Below, in pieces: positions 1 to 14,852 of a DNA stretch of 64,000 bases. The stretch is from assembly GCF_009914755.1 (NCBI RefSeq), contig NC_060935.1; one strand, given 5' to 3'. How positions within the stretch are numbered: the first letter of the stretch is position 1; each line of letters starts with the position of its first letter. This stretch comes from the human T2T-CHM13v2.0 reference genome, Homo sapiens. The notes beneath the pieces were generated by a model that searched no databases, was not told the DNA's origin, and saw only the letters and a program-made list of their open reading frames with translations. Position numbers and translations under genes: made by a program.

Positions 1-255
1 AGTCAACAAAGTGAAGAGACAACTTGCAGAATGAAAGAAAATATTTGCAAACTACCCATCTAACAAGGAATTAATAATCAAAATATATAAGGAACTCAAA
101 CAACTCAATCGCAAAAAAATTAGTCTGATTTTAAAATGGGCAAATTGTCTGAAAAGACATTTCACAAAAGTGGACATACAAATGGCCAACAGGTATATGA
201 AAAAATGCCTAGCATTACTAACCATCAGGGAAATACAAGTTAAAACTGCAGTGGA

Positions 256-559
256 GGCTGGGTGCGGTGGCTCACACCTGTAATCCCAGCACTTTGGGAG
301 GCCGAGGCAGGCAGATCATGATGTCAGGAGATCGAGAGCATCCTGGTTAACATGGTGAAACCCATTCTCTCCTAAAAATACAAAAGATTAGCCGGGCGTG
401 GTGACGGGCGCCTGTAGTCCCAGCTACTCAGGAGGCTGAGGCAGAAGAATTGTGTGAACCCAGGAGATGGAGCTTGCAGTGAGTCGAGATCGGGTCACTG
501 CACTCCAGCCTGGGTGACAGAGTGAGACTCCGTCTCAAAAAAAAAAGAGAAAAAAAAAA
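256..559 (+). mobile_element. Alu (AluY-like)
   Basis: Full dimeric Alu with poly(A); TSD aaaa(c/g)tgcagtgga on both sides. Confidence 0.97.
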
Positions 560-1163
560 GTGCAGTGGAACATAATCTCACTCCAGTCAAAATGACTATT
601 ATCAAAAAGACAGAAAATAATAAATGCTAGTGAAGATGCAGAGAAATAAGAACACTTGTATACTTTTTGGGGAACTGTAAATTAGTGCCACCACTATGGA
701 AAACAGTACGGAGATTCCTCAAAAAGCTAGAACTGGATCTAGTTAGTATATGATCCAGCAATCTCACTGCTGCATTAAAAAAAGAAGAAGAAAAATATAT
801 ATCATATATCAAAGCGATATCTGCATTTCCACTACTTCAGCAGTGTTCACAATAACCAAGACACGGAATCATTCAAAGTGTCCATCAAAACATGAATAGA
901 TAAAGAAAATGTGATAAATATACATAATGGAATAGTATTCAGCCATTAAAAAGAGAATGAAATCTTGTTATTTGCAGCAACATGGATAGAACTGAAAGAC
1001 ATTTTGTTAAGTGAAATAAGCCAGGCACAGAAAGACAAATATCACATATTCTCTCATACATCAGAGCTAAAAAAATTGATCTCATGGAGGTAAAAAATAG
1101 AAAGGTAGTTACCAGAGGCTGGGAAGAGAAGTGTGTGTTGGAGGGATTAAGGAAGGTTGATTA

Positions 1164-1512
<349 letters not shown>

Positions 1513-1752
1513 CTAGTGCTCAGTAGCACAATAGGATCACTATAGCTAACAATACTAATTTATCATATATTTTAAAATAGCTCAAAGAGATTTGAAACAT
1601 TTCCAACACACACACACAAAATAAATATTTGAGGTGATGGATATCCCAATTATCCAGGTTCTATTATTATCCATGAATGCTTGTATCAAAATATCACATA
1701 TACCCCATAAATATGAATAGCTATTCTCAATCCATGAAAATTAAAAAATAAA

Positions 1753-3710
1753 TCTACAACATAACCAAGTGGGATTTATCTCAAATATGCAAGCCTCATT
1801 CAAATTTAAGCAGTGATTAATGTAATCTACCACATCAACAAGCTAAAAAGAAAAATTATGTGATCATATCAATAAGTGTTAAAAAGGCATTTGACAAAAC
1901 CCGACACCCATTCATTATCTCTCAGCAAGCTAGGAATAGATTGAGAACTTTCTCAACTTAATAAAGAACATCTACCAAAAAACCTAGAGCTAAAATCACA
2001 TTTAATCTTGATAAACTGAAAACTTTTCTGCTACGATCAAGGACAAGAGTATGATTTCTCAAAACTCCCTCTCAACATTTTACTGGAATCATAGCAAATA
2101 CAAGAATACAAACAAAAGGAAAAAAAGAAAAGGCATGCAGGTTGAAAGGGAATAAAACTATCTTTATTTGTAAATCTCACATGATTTTCTAAGTAAAGAA
2201 TCTGAAATTATTGATTAAAAACATGTGGAACTAATAAGCAATTATAGCAGGATTGTCATATACAAGGTTAATATACAAAAATCACTTTTCTATATAATAA
2301 TCAGGAAGAGGAAGAAGAAGAGGAGGGGAAGGAAGGAAGGGAGGGAGGGAGGGAAGGGAGGGAAGGGGAAGGGAAGAGAGAAAGGAGGAGGTAAATTTAT
2401 AAACAGACCTCACATTCTTAACAAAAATTAACTAAAAATGGACCACAGGCCTAAATATAAAGTGAAAAACTATAATTGTCCTATCAGATAATGTGAAGAA
2501 AACATAGATAAACTTAGGTATGTTAATGACTTTTTAGATACAACACCAAAGGCAAGATTCATGACATAAATAATTGATAAGCTATCCTTTGTTAAAATTC
2601 AAAACTCTGCTCTGTGAAAGACCGTGTCAATAGAATAAGAATATAAGCCACACACTCGTAGAAAATATTTGCAAAATATACCTCTAATACCAGACTGTTA
2701 TCAAAAATATGCAAACAACTCTTAAAAGTAAACAATAAGAACACAAAAAGCCTGATTTAAAATAGGCTAAAGACCTGAACAGACACCATGCCAAGGAAGA
2801 TATACAGATGGCAAATAAGCATGTGAAAAGATGTTGCACATCATATGTTATCAGGAAAATGCAAATTAAGATGAGTTACCACTACACTCCCACACTCCTT
2901 CACTCCTCAGATGGCCGAACTCTGGAACATTAACACCACCAAATGCTGGTGAGAATGTGTAGCAACAGGAGCTCTCATTCATTGCTGGTAGGAATCCAAA
3001 GTGGCACTGCCACCTTAGAAGGTAGTTTGGTGACTTCTTATAAAACTAAACATACTTTTACCATAAGATCTAGCAATCACACTCATTTGTACTTACCCAA
3101 AGAAGTTGAAAACTTGTATCCACACAAAACCTGAACACAGACATTTGTAGGTGCTTTACTTATAATTGACTAAACTTGGCATCCACTAAGACATCCTTCA
3201 GGGGGTGAATGGATACATAAACTGTCATACATCCACACAATGAAATAGTATTTGGTACTAAAAGCAATGACCTATCAAGCTGAGAAAAGACATGAAGGAA
3301 ACTTAAATGGATATTACTGGGTGAAAGAAGCTAATCTAAAAAAACTACGTGCTGTATGATACCAATAATATAACAGTCTACAAAAGGCAAAACTATGGAG
3401 ATGGTAAAAAGATAAGTAGTTGCCAGAGGTTGAAGGGTGGCGAAAGGATGGGTAGGTTGATCACAGAAGATTTAGAGGGCAGTGACTCTGTTTGATGCTA
3501 TGATGATGGGTACATTTCATGATACATTTGTGCCAACCCATAGAAGGTAAAACATCACAAGTGAATCCTAAGTCAAACTATGAACTTTGAGGATGTTGAT
3601 AATGGTGGATGCTATGCCTAAGTGGGGGCAGGGAGTGTATGGGAAATCTTTGTACCTTCCTCTTGATATTGCTGTGAACTTGAAACTGTTTTGAAAGAAC
3701 AGTCTTAAAA
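1753..3710 (+). mobile_element. L1MC (L1MC1-like) LINE-1 remnant: RT fragment, internal deletion, then 3' end
   Basis: ccaagtgggatttatc...aaaaggcatttgacaaaa (L1 RT QVGFI...KAFDK region); 3'UTR caaaaggcaaaactatggagatggtaaaaagat...gggaaatctttgtaccttcc...gctgtgaact. Confidence 0.85.
2303..2390 (+). repeat. GA-rich polypurine low-complexity tract
   Basis: aggaagaggaagaagaag...gggaagggagggaagggg, purine only. Confidence 0.9.
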
Positions 3711-3901
3711 ATTAGCCATCAATATTTGTGTCCAGAATCCCCTGGAATCTCTACATTTATATTAAATACTTTGTAATTCGGCAATAAATTTATAATGGCC
3801 ATTGTTTTTCTATCAAATATCTTGAAAGAGAAAAGAATAGTGCTTCTCTATTAATGCAGGCTACCTTCACAAGATAACATTGTGTTTGTTTCTAGATTTT
3901 C

Positions 3902-4195
3902 TTTTTTTTTTTTTTCTTTTTGAGATGGAATCTCGCTCTGTCACCCAGGCTGGAGTGCAGTGGCACGATCTCAGCTCTGAAACCTCTGCCTCCTGGGTTC
4001 ATTCTCCTGCCTCAGTCTCCCTAGTAGCTGGGACTATAGGCATGTGCCACCATGCCTGGCTAATTTTTTGTATTTTTAGTAGAGATGGGGTTTCACCATG
4101 TTAGCCAGGATGGTCTCGATCTCCTGACCTCATGATCCACCCGCCCTGGTCTCCCAGAGTGCTGGGATTACAGGTGTGAGCCACCGCGCCCAGCC
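3902..4195 (-). mobile_element. Alu (AluY/Sc-like)
   Basis: poly(T) then reverse Alu ending ccaccgcgcccagcc; TSD tttgttt(c/a)tagattttc. Confidence 0.96.
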
Positions 4196-4432
4196 ATTTG
4201 TTTATAGATTTTCTAGTCACTCAAATGTAGCTGGTTTCTACTATGTGCTTAAAGTGATGGACACTTCCTTGTGTATACCACCCAACTAGGATTAACACTG
4301 TGATAAGAAAGACGAACACTTTTACTTGTCAGGAAATTTGATAATACCTTTAGATAAAGAAATGTCCAGATCCTTAACACACAAATAAGCTGCATGATGC
4401 CAACAAAAATGATCAAAGAGCAATAAAAATAA

Positions 4433-5012
4433 CAACCATTGTGGAAGACAGTGTGGCAATTCCTCAAGGATCTAGAAACAGAAATACCATTTGACCCAGC
4501 AATCCCATTACTGGGTATCTATCCAAAGGATTACAAATCTTTCTATAAAGGCACATGCACACATATGTTTATTGCAGTACTGTTCACAATACCAAAGACC
4601 TGGAACCAATCCAAATGCCCATCAATGATAGACTGGATAAAGAAAATGTGGCACAGATAGACCATGGAATACTATGCAGCCATAACAAAGGATGAGTTCA
4701 TGTCCTTTGCAGGGACATGGATGAAGCTGGAAACCATCATTCTCAGCAAACTAACACAAACTAACAGAAAAATCAAACACCGCATGTTCTTACTCATAAG
4801 TGGGAGTTGAACAATGAGAATACAATGACACAGGGAGGGTCACACTGGGGCCGATCAGGAGGTGGGGGCTAGAGGAGGGATAGCATTAGGGGAAATACCT
4901 AATGTAGATGATGGGTTGATGGATGCAGCAAACCACCATGGCACATGTATACCAATGTAACAAACCTGCGCGTTCTGTACGTGTATCCCAGAACTTAAAG
5001 TATTTTTTAAAA
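4433..5012 (+). mobile_element. 5'-truncated L1PA (L1PA7/8-like) 3' end
   Basis: ORF 4439-4660 WKTVWQFLKDLETEIPFDPAIPLLGIYPK is the L1 ORF2 C-terminus; 3'UTR to gtgtatcccagaacttaaagta. Confidence 0.95.
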
Positions 5013-6669
5013 GTCTATTTGTAATCACTAGTGAACACTGTAAATCTTCAAGTAGAAACTCTATTTCTATGAAAGATTTATAATAAATCTCTAGGACTCT
5101 GTTAGTATTGAATCTTAAGGAATAGACTTAGATCTTATCCAAAATTGTTTTCCTTAAGTGTTCACTCCTAGGGTTTCTGGAGGTGGGTCTCATTTCTAAC
5201 CACCCTATGAAAGCAAAGCACTCCAACAAAACTATGCAGTCCTCCGAGGTCACATTGTTTTAAAACTGTACATAGCCTAACAAGAAGTCTACTGGCTCCA
5301 GTTCAAAATCTTGGCCGCACTGCGTCCTCAAATGTAACACTTATTTTTTTAAACACAGAAAGTTTTCTGAGTTTCTGCTAGGTCCCTGGAACTGTAACAG
5401 GTCTGTAGTTGAAATATGTGTGCATGTGTGAGAGAGAGTTAGTGTGTATGTACATATATTCCTCCTTCATAGATATTTGTGAGGGTTAAGTTTAGGAGAA
5501 ATCATGTAATTCTCTTTTTAACTCATGTTCCTCTCTCTTAACTAAGCTCTGAGAATGCTTCCGAATCAAAATGAGATCTCAGTTTCACTGATACTGATGC
5601 TCAAACCTAAGCTTGTTTCCATTTGTTCTTGTTGAAAGTTGCAACAGAAGACTTCTATTTTCTCCAAACAGCCTATAATTTTTAATTCAGTTTTTTTCAA
5701 GAAATATTTAATATATTATGGACCAAACAGGAAATCTAGTGACTTCATATATGCTATCTTAGTAATTCTAATGTTTTGCCCCACATTTAACCATCTCAGA
5801 GATCAAGATGGGTTACTTAATTCTTATCTCTTCTTTTGCCTAAAATAAGCACTAATATGTTTGTATTCTAACCTATATGTATGTATATACGTACTCAATC
5901 ACTTAGAAGAAAACAAAGAACGATTTAATAGACAAGTTGGAGAGCTAAAAGTTCTTAGAAATCCTACATTCACAATTCTGCCTAGATGCCCTTGAAATTT
6001 CATAATTATCTAATTTTTATCATTCAGTTCAGAAAATGTTGTTTTGAAATCGTCTTATGAGAAGTTTAAAACCTGCATGCAGGATAAAATATGCTAGTTA
6101 ACATCCTTTCTGTAGGCAATAAACTGTGGGTGGTAATTTGCATTTCTGAAAACCTAAGACACAGTAACGTTGAATTTATAAGACTCCTACCCTCGTAGAA
6201 TTCTACCTTCATAATTAGCCTCTTCATTCGTTAAATTTGGAGCAATTCTGTTTCAGTAAATTTCTCACTTTAACATTTTGGGTTTTCTGCAGGTTTCATC
6301 TTTTTTTCCTTTTTTTTAATTTTTTTTTTTATTTTGCTGACACTTAAAAGAATAAAGAATATCACTGAACCCTGTCATTAGGCAAGGCACCTAGCAGACA
6401 ATGCAGACAACTCATTTTATTGTAGGAAGGAAATACTTTTCTAAATTGTTAAATCATATACAATGTTTTTTTGTGTGTATGCAGCCCACCTAACACAGAG
6501 GAGAATGTGGCCAAGTCAGGAAATCCTAATACAATCTCTAGGTAAAGAGATGACCAGACTCTTATCACTTGCACCAGTTGTGCAAAGCCATTAAGAATTT
6601 CTAAAAGACATTCTTAATAAGCTGTATTTCTCTCTTTTTCAGGGCAGGGTAGAGCAGGAAGAGTTGATT

Positions 6670-6860
6670 AAACGATGTTGAATGGCTCAATTGTGCTAGA
6701 TATTGTACTAAGCATTTTACATATATTTAAGTCATCCAAAAGCCCAGATAAGCTATATGTTTTTATTATTACAATTTTATAAATATGGCAACTGAGGTTT
6801 AAAGAGTTATATATAACTGCCTAGGTTCAAGCAGTCAATAAGTGTGATCTCTACCCAGGA
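6670..6860 (-). mobile_element. MIR SINE
   Basis: gtactaagcattttacatat...attttataaatatggcaactgaggtttaaagagtt, MIR core. Confidence 0.7.
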
Positions 6861-7257
6861 CCATCTGCTACCTAAATCAGTCCAAAGATTGCCCTTTGCT
6901 CTAAAATCAAATTGTATTATTTTTTATGAGTATAGAAAATTTGTTTTTAATTCTTAGATTAGGCATTGCCTCTTCTTTGTGTGCTAATGCGATCTTTTTG
7001 ACTGTATCTCCTAATCTTTATGTCTTCAATGTGTTTTGCATTATAAGCTCTGCATTTTGAGGAAACTGTATATCACCTGAACACCAGACATTAGTGTGCA
7101 CTCAATCTTCCTACCTTTCCTGTTTCATATAATGGGTGAATATGTATCAAATATTATTTTGTTGTCACCACTGTTATTGCTATTACTTATCTCTATTAAA
7201 GTTGGATAAACTTTTAACACTGATGGCACATATAGAATACCCAGTGAACTAGATGAA

Positions 7258-7480
7258 TAATAGCTTACATTGACCAAACACCTTCTCTGTTACAGACTCT
7301 ATACAAAGCACTTCAATCACTATCTAATTTAATTTCACAATAATCATGAAGTATATAACATTGTCTTTACAGATGAGAAGACCAGGAACTAGAGAGGTTA
7401 GCTAACTTTCTCAATGTCAGTGCTAATGAATGGCAGAGCCAAGACTCCAACCCACACCATGTATCTTGGAAGCCCATACT
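7258..7480 (-). mobile_element. MIR SINE
   Basis: tttacagatgagaagaccaggaactagagaggttagctaact...tggcagagccaagactccaaccc. Confidence 0.75.
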
Positions 7481-7494
7481 CTTGTGTGATTGTG

Positions 7495-7600
7495 ATTGTA
7501 AATGCTAAACCCACTTGAAAGCAGGGGTTGTATTTTTTCCATAGTTCCTTGTGCACAGTAAGCTCTGGATAAAATCTTTTTTTGAAAGAATAAATAAATA
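7495..7600 (+). mobile_element. L2 3' end fragment
   Basis: cttgaaagcagggg...gcacagtaagctctggataaaatctttttttgaaagaataaat resembles the L2 terminus. Confidence 0.5.
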
Positions 7601-9329
7601 ATAACTGGCTTTAGCATGAATGCTTGCTTGCCATTAGACACATGTATTAGAACTTCTGTACCTTAATGTATTTCGTTTGCAAGGTAATAGATTGTTCTGG
7701 GTAACTTCAAAAGTTATCTTCAGTCAAGCTTGATTGTGCCCCCTACAAGGCTTGCATCTCTTTATAACACTGAAGTAAGTTTATGCCTTAATTAAAAAGA
7801 CAGCTTTCAGTGGGATCCTTTCAATACATTTTCTTTTATTATATGGACCTCTTACTCCTTCTCACAATCATTGAGATGGTATTGAGAGAGATTTCAATAG
7901 TGTTATACTGTTTCTTCTCTGTGAAGCTCCTCCGGCTTATCTCAGGAGAGGTACTGGCAGCCTTATTTTTGACAGTCTCAAAGGATAGTCCTCTAAAAGC
8001 TGCAGAACAGCTTATTATGCTTTGAGTGACGTTATGCCCACAGTCTCTTCTGAGGAAAGTTGACCATCTGTGCTCCTCAACTTGGCTTAGCTTATTTGGT
8101 CAATGGTGGGTGTCTGCCCCATGGGCTACTGGTTATTAGGCTGCCTAATTGGTGACCAGCTATTCTTGAGCAGGATGGCATCATTCATCAAATAAATCAG
8201 TGAGACTATATTCTTGCAAAAAGTTTCTTTTAAAATTATACACAGGAAGGTACAGATCGTCAAGGACTGAAGCAATAACAGATGCAGGAGTAGAAAATAG
8301 TGAAATGTCTATAATGTCACAGGGGAGAACAGGGTTCCATGGAAGCTTGCTTCTGTGATGGCAGCTGCTAGGGTCTGTGTTGGCTATTATAGTTACTGCC
8401 TAATAATAAACTTTGCCTGGATTTTATGGGAACTTTTCTTGTGGGAATCCTACCTATATAGCAATCCCAAGTTTTCTTCTGTTCCTTTGAATCTTTATCA
8501 TAAAGTGTTCTTTCTGATATAAACTTAATATGGTTTATGTTTTTATAACTGGAGAAAATGTGAGTACCATGCATAGCCCGTTTCACTGTTGAAGGACTCT
8601 AATGCTTAAGTAGTTAACTCTTTAATTCTTTCTAACTACCATCAAGCTTACTATTTTTATTATATTTATTTTTGCATTTCATGTAGAGCTAAAAAATGTG
8701 TCTTGGATGCTTCTGAAAACAATAATTGGTGTACATTAATCAAGTTAATAATACTTTTTGGCTCAAAGCTCAATCAAAAAATGTTCTTTTAGTATTGTAT
8801 AACTCATTTCCAAGCCTTTTAGATAGGTTATCTTATTTCTCTAAACCACGTTTCTCTTTATTCATCTCAGCTTGATTAATTTCCTTCTAGATTCTAAACA
8901 CAGGAGAAAACTTAAGTTTAAATTATTTATTTTAACTGGTAGAAAAAAGGCAGAATTCTTCGTAGACATCAACCTTGCAAGCTATAATCAGTCTGGAACT
9001 GTTTATATAAAAGTCTTTAGTTGGGAAGTCATTTGGGTAACAGGTCAAAAGGTATGTGTTCTCTCCCATGACTAAAACTCAATATTGTGAATCCACCATC
9101 CAAATAAAAGTACACCAGAAACAAAACATTTTTGTTACTCATAAAAATATGAATATAATATATACTGCTACCGACAATGAAAGTTAACCATTTAACCTCT
9201 GTATTTTCCAAACAGGTCAGGTCTCATTCTGGTATAAATTACCAATTTCAGTTCACTGGGTGAACGTGGTAGTATTTTAATTCTTTTTCTGATCCAGTTG
9301 TTTGTTTTTATCATATATTTTGATAAAAA

Positions 9330-9422
9330 ACATGCATGTAGTTGTATGTGTATGAGAGAAAATGTATGTGTGAGTATGAGGGTTGTGTGTATGTGTGTAA
9401 TTGTGTGTATTTGTGTGTGTGT
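9330..9422. repeat. Degenerate (TG)n tract
   Basis: tgtatgtgtatg...tgtgtgtatttgtgtgtgtgt. Confidence 0.8.
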
Positions 9423-9509
9423 CAGAGGAAGAGGCTTTCAATCATGAATATTTGTTCTTCATTTATTAGATGCCCTATAATTATATGGAAATGCTTCTGT
9501 TGACAAATA

Positions 9510-9688
9510 GACTCTTGACACTCAAAGTGTGGTTCTTGGAACAGCAGCACTGGCTTCAAATGGAACTTGTTAGAAATACAGTGTTTTGGGGTCTGACCCA
9601 AATGTACTGAATGAAAAGCTACATTTTAACAGAATCCCCGGGTGATTTTTGTGCATGTCATTATTTTGAGGAGTACTACTTTAAAGCA
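9510..9688. mobile_element. MER5-type hAT-Charlie MITE
   Basis: ctcaaagtgtggttcttggaacagcagcac...gaacttgttagaaatacag...cattttaacagaatccccgggtgatt. Confidence 0.8.
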
Positions 9689-10189
9689 TTGCTGCCACTA
9701 TTGTACTGGGAGTCATAGTCATTGTTTTTATCATTGTCTTTCTCTCTCATTGCCTCACATTTTGAACTACCTCATAATGCATTGTCCTGTCTGAGCTTCC
9801 TTTACACTACGATACTGAGGTTCTCAGTGATCCCCTGCACTGCTTATTTTGTTTTATCACCATTACACTATGATTAATGATTATCATTACTACAAACAGT
9901 AGCACCTTATAATGTTGAGGTTTCAGGTTTCTAAGACCCTCTTTTAAGATGACCAGACATTTGGGTCAATTCTGTTACTAATTGTAGGTGCTATCCTGAT
10001 TCTATTGCTACAGATTGCTATACTCTTCAAACTCATTTGATTCTGTGTATCTTAGGATAGGCTGTTTATCTATATCTGTCTATGCTTTTAAGTTAATATC
10101 ACTAAAAGATTATCCCTCACTGACAAGAAATAAATTAGTATGCTTCTTATATAGCTTACCACTCTCATTTTTAACTTCCTAGTTCCTGG

Positions 10190-10390
10190 AACGTAGTGAA
10201 AGAGGAGACCTTGGGATTAATTCCCTGTTTGACTTCTTTCAATCTAAATAGTACTTGGCAAATTACTTAACCTCTCTTAGTGCCGTATCTTCAAAGTTGG
10301 CATAATAATACATTTTGTTGTGAGGAGGAAATGAAGTGTGTAAAACTCCAGAAAAACACGTTATATGCAGTTGTCGCTCAAATATAGCAG
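10190..10390 (+). mobile_element. MIR SINE
   Basis: cttggcaaattacttaacctctc...ttgttgtgaggaggaaatga. Confidence 0.65.
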
Positions 10391-10889
10391 TGCCCTTTCC
10401 CTTGTTCCACATTGATGCATACCAAAAAATAACATGTCTCAGTGTCTAATATTGCTGGTTAGCCCTGAACTGCTGCTTCTTTTGAGGCTTAAGCTCTTTT
10501 CTGGCTGCCATGTCTGGTTGTACATGGCTGTTCATGACCTAAGGACTGTTTTTATTCATTAAGACTTCTTTTTTTCCCCCTTAGCTCCGTGAATTCTGAG
10601 AGGCAGCAGTTATATGAGGCATGGGAAGAGATTTTTGCTCATAGACTTAAAAAAAGAAAGAAAAAAAAAAACCACAAGGAATATGACCAGGTGCAATGGG
10701 CTTAGGAGTCTAATGAGAAACATACACATATTTGCATTTCTTTTCCTAGATTATTAGCTCCTACAGGACTCTACTGTATAGATAATTTCTTTTTTGAGGC
10801 AAAAATGAGTATCCTTTGTGAATTTATCAAAAACAATACAGATTTAAAAGAATTAGAAATATATGTAGTGTATATTGTGATACCAGTGA

Positions 10890-11105
10890 CCTCATTCATC
10901 TATTCAATCATTACAAATTTTAATAAGTACCTGGCAAACAAAGCTTTAGACCCTGTAGAAACACAGATTATAAAAAGTCAGACAGGATTCCTCTTTTCAT
11001 GGAGTTTATAGTCATGTGAGCAAAAAGCAGATACTTATCAAATTAAGAACAAAAGCTATCACTCCAGGAAGTGATAAATACTATGAAAAAAATAAGATAA
11101 GGTGA
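10890..11105 (-). mobile_element. L2 fragment
   Basis: cattcatctattcaatc...tcatggagtttatagtc...gtgataaatactatgaaaaaaataa. Confidence 0.65.
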
Positions 11106-11545
11106 TATGGTGGATTTTACACAAGCATTGCCCCGATTCTTAAGCTTTCTCTCTATCAATGTCCTTTGCAATATAATTATGAGTTCCTTCCATCAATAGG
11201 TCTGGTTTATTTGCCCACCTTTGGACTCTGGGTTGCTTTGAGATTTGTTCTGGTGGAAGAATATGGCAGACATGACTGTGCCAGTTCTGCAGCTGAATCT
11301 TGAAAGCTCTTATGTGCTTCCAGTAGCTCTTTTGGGACCAGCCAAGATTAACCTACTGGATAATGATAAACATATGGCCCAGACACCAGCATTATCCCAT
11401 GCAACAACCGGCTAACCACTAGATATTGAGGGAAGTCATCCTGGACTAACTAGCCAGCTCTCCATCCAACTCACCAGCTGATGCAGAAAAAATCCTAGCC
11501 AAGATCAGCTAAGCCTGCCTAGCCCAGATGATAGAGTGATTTGTG
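11106..11545 (+). mobile_element. MLT1 (MLT1G/H-like) MaLR LTR
   Basis: ccttccatcaatagg...ccacctttggactctgggttg...gactgtgccagttc...gccaagatcagctaagcc. Confidence 0.65.
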
Positions 11546-12557
11546 TGACCCATGTCCAGTGTGTCTTCAGAAGCATAATCAAGATGAGAATTAATAAAAT
11601 ATGTGATTAGAGAGATAAGCAGATGTCTAATTATGTGACATAATTAGGGTTTTGTTTTTTGTTTGTTTGTTTTGTTTTGTTTTGTTTTTGCCTTTTATGA
11701 GTAGTTTGACTAGTTAAGGTTTAAGGGATCTGACTTAAATAGGACACACATATATTTGGGGCCAAATCAGTTTCTACTTGTGAATCTGACTTAGCTTTTG
11801 CAAGTCTATCAATAAGATGGAAAGAATATTCCTTCACAGTATTACAGACATAAAACTTCAGCACATTTAATTCCAGAGATAAAAGTCTCTATTGAGTTAT
11901 AATTTATTTTGATTAAAAAGATGCAATTTCCAGAGGCATGCTGAGTGTGGCTCCTTTTCCCTCACTTAAAGTTTGGCATCATTTAAATGATCTGGGTGAT
12001 GTGATTATAGCTGATGATGCCGTTATTGTGAGATGTGTCAGGCAGTCCCCACTGAGAGCTGCACAGTCTTATTTCAGGAGGTTGCCTCTCATTCAGCACA
12101 CTTTTTATAAACTCAGCTACCTAGATATTAATCCTTTGCAATTAGAAAAGAATAACTAATGCTTTCTAAATCTGTCATATGACCTGAAATCATACAGCTT
12201 GTGCTTCTAGAAGGTTGTATTTAACCAACGTATTTCCATAGGAAAGCTGTGTGCAAAATCACAGCTGGGAAGTCAGACTGAGAAATCAACGTGAAGTGAC
12301 TACAAAGCGATATGACTGCCTTACAGAAATGGATCATTTTGTGTTATGGTCTCAGCATATACTCAGAGATGAAATTAACTGATAACTATGAAAATTAAAA
12401 CCCCATCTTCGCTTTTTTTTTTTTTTGAATCCCATCTTCTAAGGTTCATTTATATAGCTTCAGTGAAGCTTTCTGGTTAGCAGTTCAACAAACACTTACT
12501 GAATATCTACTAGGAGCCACACACTAGAGAAAATAATATAAAAAGTAGAAGTTCCAG

Positions 12558-12878
<321 letters not shown>

Positions 12879-13721
12879 CTAATCAAGAAGAAGCATGTAA
12901 ACAGGATTTTTCTTTTAAAGCGTGCCAATCATGTCATAGAATTATAGATTCAGGTTGCTATCAGTCCAGAAAATAACATTTTTATTCATTTGCTTTCTCC
13001 ATCATTAAAGCACAACAAAGTACAGGTAGACTTTTTAAAATTATATTATTAGATATTTCTGAATTCTGTTAGTATAATTTCTTAGGTTTGGCAAGAGACT
13101 GCCAACCCCTACTGCCAATTTTTTAAATAGAGTGTTTTATGTTTAATCAGCAATACAGAATATCAGTTCTTCAGATCCTTGATAAAACTTAATCTCCAAT
13201 TATGTCCTCCTCAGTTCTTATCAAATGCCCAGCTGAGAAAAATGACAATTAGTAAGATAGTTTATGGGACATGAAATCTATGCCCTCATATGAATGGCCA
13301 ACATTCTTTGACTTCTTATATAATTGGCTTCTACAGGATATTATTCATTACTACGATGCCTCTGAATAATAATCACCATTATTCTTTGGAAAAGTATGAC
13401 CCTCATAAATATTCCAACCACTGAATTACTAAGCATTAGCAAATAAGTTGTCAACAGCTGAGCCATGAAATAATTGGAAAATGTAGTTTTTCATTTGTTA
13501 GAGCTTAATCTTTTGTCATACATTTCCAAGTGAATATATTTAGTAGCTAGCTAGAATATCCCTTCTAGCAAAGCTGGTTTCGGTAAAATTACAGACATAT
13601 TCCACTTGCCTTGTGCATTACAGTATTCAAAGCCATATAATGAATATAAACACCATTGCTTTTGCATTGAAGTGCTGTATTCATATAATATAAATTCAAC
13701 TGACTTGATAGTAGTGGCTTG

Positions 13722-13900
13722 CAGCAATGATTCTCAAAGTGTAGCCTCAAATCAGTAGCATCACTATTACTTAGAGATGGTTACAAACGCAAACTTTCAG
13801 CCTCTATCTGCTGAATTGGAAGTGTAAGGTAGAACCTAGAAATATATGTTTTTACAAACTCTCAGGAGTTTGATGCACACAAATTTTGAGAACCTTCGAC
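13722..13900. mobile_element. MER5A-type hAT MITE
   Basis: cagcaatgattctcaaagtgtag...tttacaaactctcaggagtttgatgcacacaaattttgagaacc. Confidence 0.8.
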
Positions 13901-13914
13901 TCAGCTGTAGAGCA

Positions 13915-14030
13915 GTCATCTATGTTAGCATCTTTTGAGATAAAGAAATGAACAACAGAAAAAGATGAGAGATATAATCAATCTCAATTTGACAAAGGCC
14001 TTTGATAACTTTCCAAATTACAGTTGTATC
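13915..14030 (+). mobile_element. Probable CR1/L3 LINE reverse-transcriptase fossil
   Basis: 13971-14015 translates DIINLNLTKAFDNFP, matching the CR1 RT motif DVIYLDFSKAFDxVP. Confidence 0.5.
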
Positions 14031-14806
14031 AGCACCATAGGAAAATAAGATCGTCGCTCCACAGAAAGTAGATGGATAAAGATCTGCCTTCAAGGACGTA
14101 ACTAGGATCAAGTCTCATTTCTTACCTATACTATTCTGTTCTACTAGAAGATCTGGACTATTTAATTAAATGCTTAAATTAAATATAGAACACCAACTCT
14201 ATGCCTTGCCTGTACTAGGCTAAATTCTTGAATTAGCCCATGTCCTTTTTAAACCTTTTAAATTATGTTTTCCTCATGTGCATATTAGTCACAGCATGCT
14301 TCCCCTTGACTGCCCTGCATTAAATTTCAGTGAGTGATATTCTATAAATGATTATGTCCTTTAAAATAATAAACATAATAAACATGATAATAACAATGAA
14401 ATAATAATAATAGCTTTTGCCATGCTAAATCTCTGCCCACCTGACCAAAATATATTTCTGAGTTTGCCAAACTAGGGTAAGCTTCTGTCTTCCTAGTTCA
14501 TTGTGCACCTGATGTTTGCTTCTTGATCTTTTATGACTCATAACCCAAGACAAGATAGTCCTGAAAAATTGGAAAATAAAGGAGATTGAAATTTAAATGG
14601 GTAGATTGAAAGCAGTACCCTTTTTAACTTAAAAAAATTGTTATAAAAGGTATAAAAACAGGCTTTCCCGTAATAAGAACTGAGAGAAGCTATGGAGGAA
14701 AGGAAATCAAATTGGCTTTCAGATAAATGAATCAGTCATATAGTGACATTGTTAAGGCATGAGAGCAAATAATGGGAGGAAATTCATAATATTCAATAGG
14801 AAAAGG

Positions 14807-14809
<3 letters not shown>

Positions 14810-14847
<38 letters not shown>
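14810..14847. repeat. (TA)n microsatellite
   Basis: atatatatat run with one G interruption. Confidence 0.95.
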
Positions 14848-14852
<5 letters not shown>

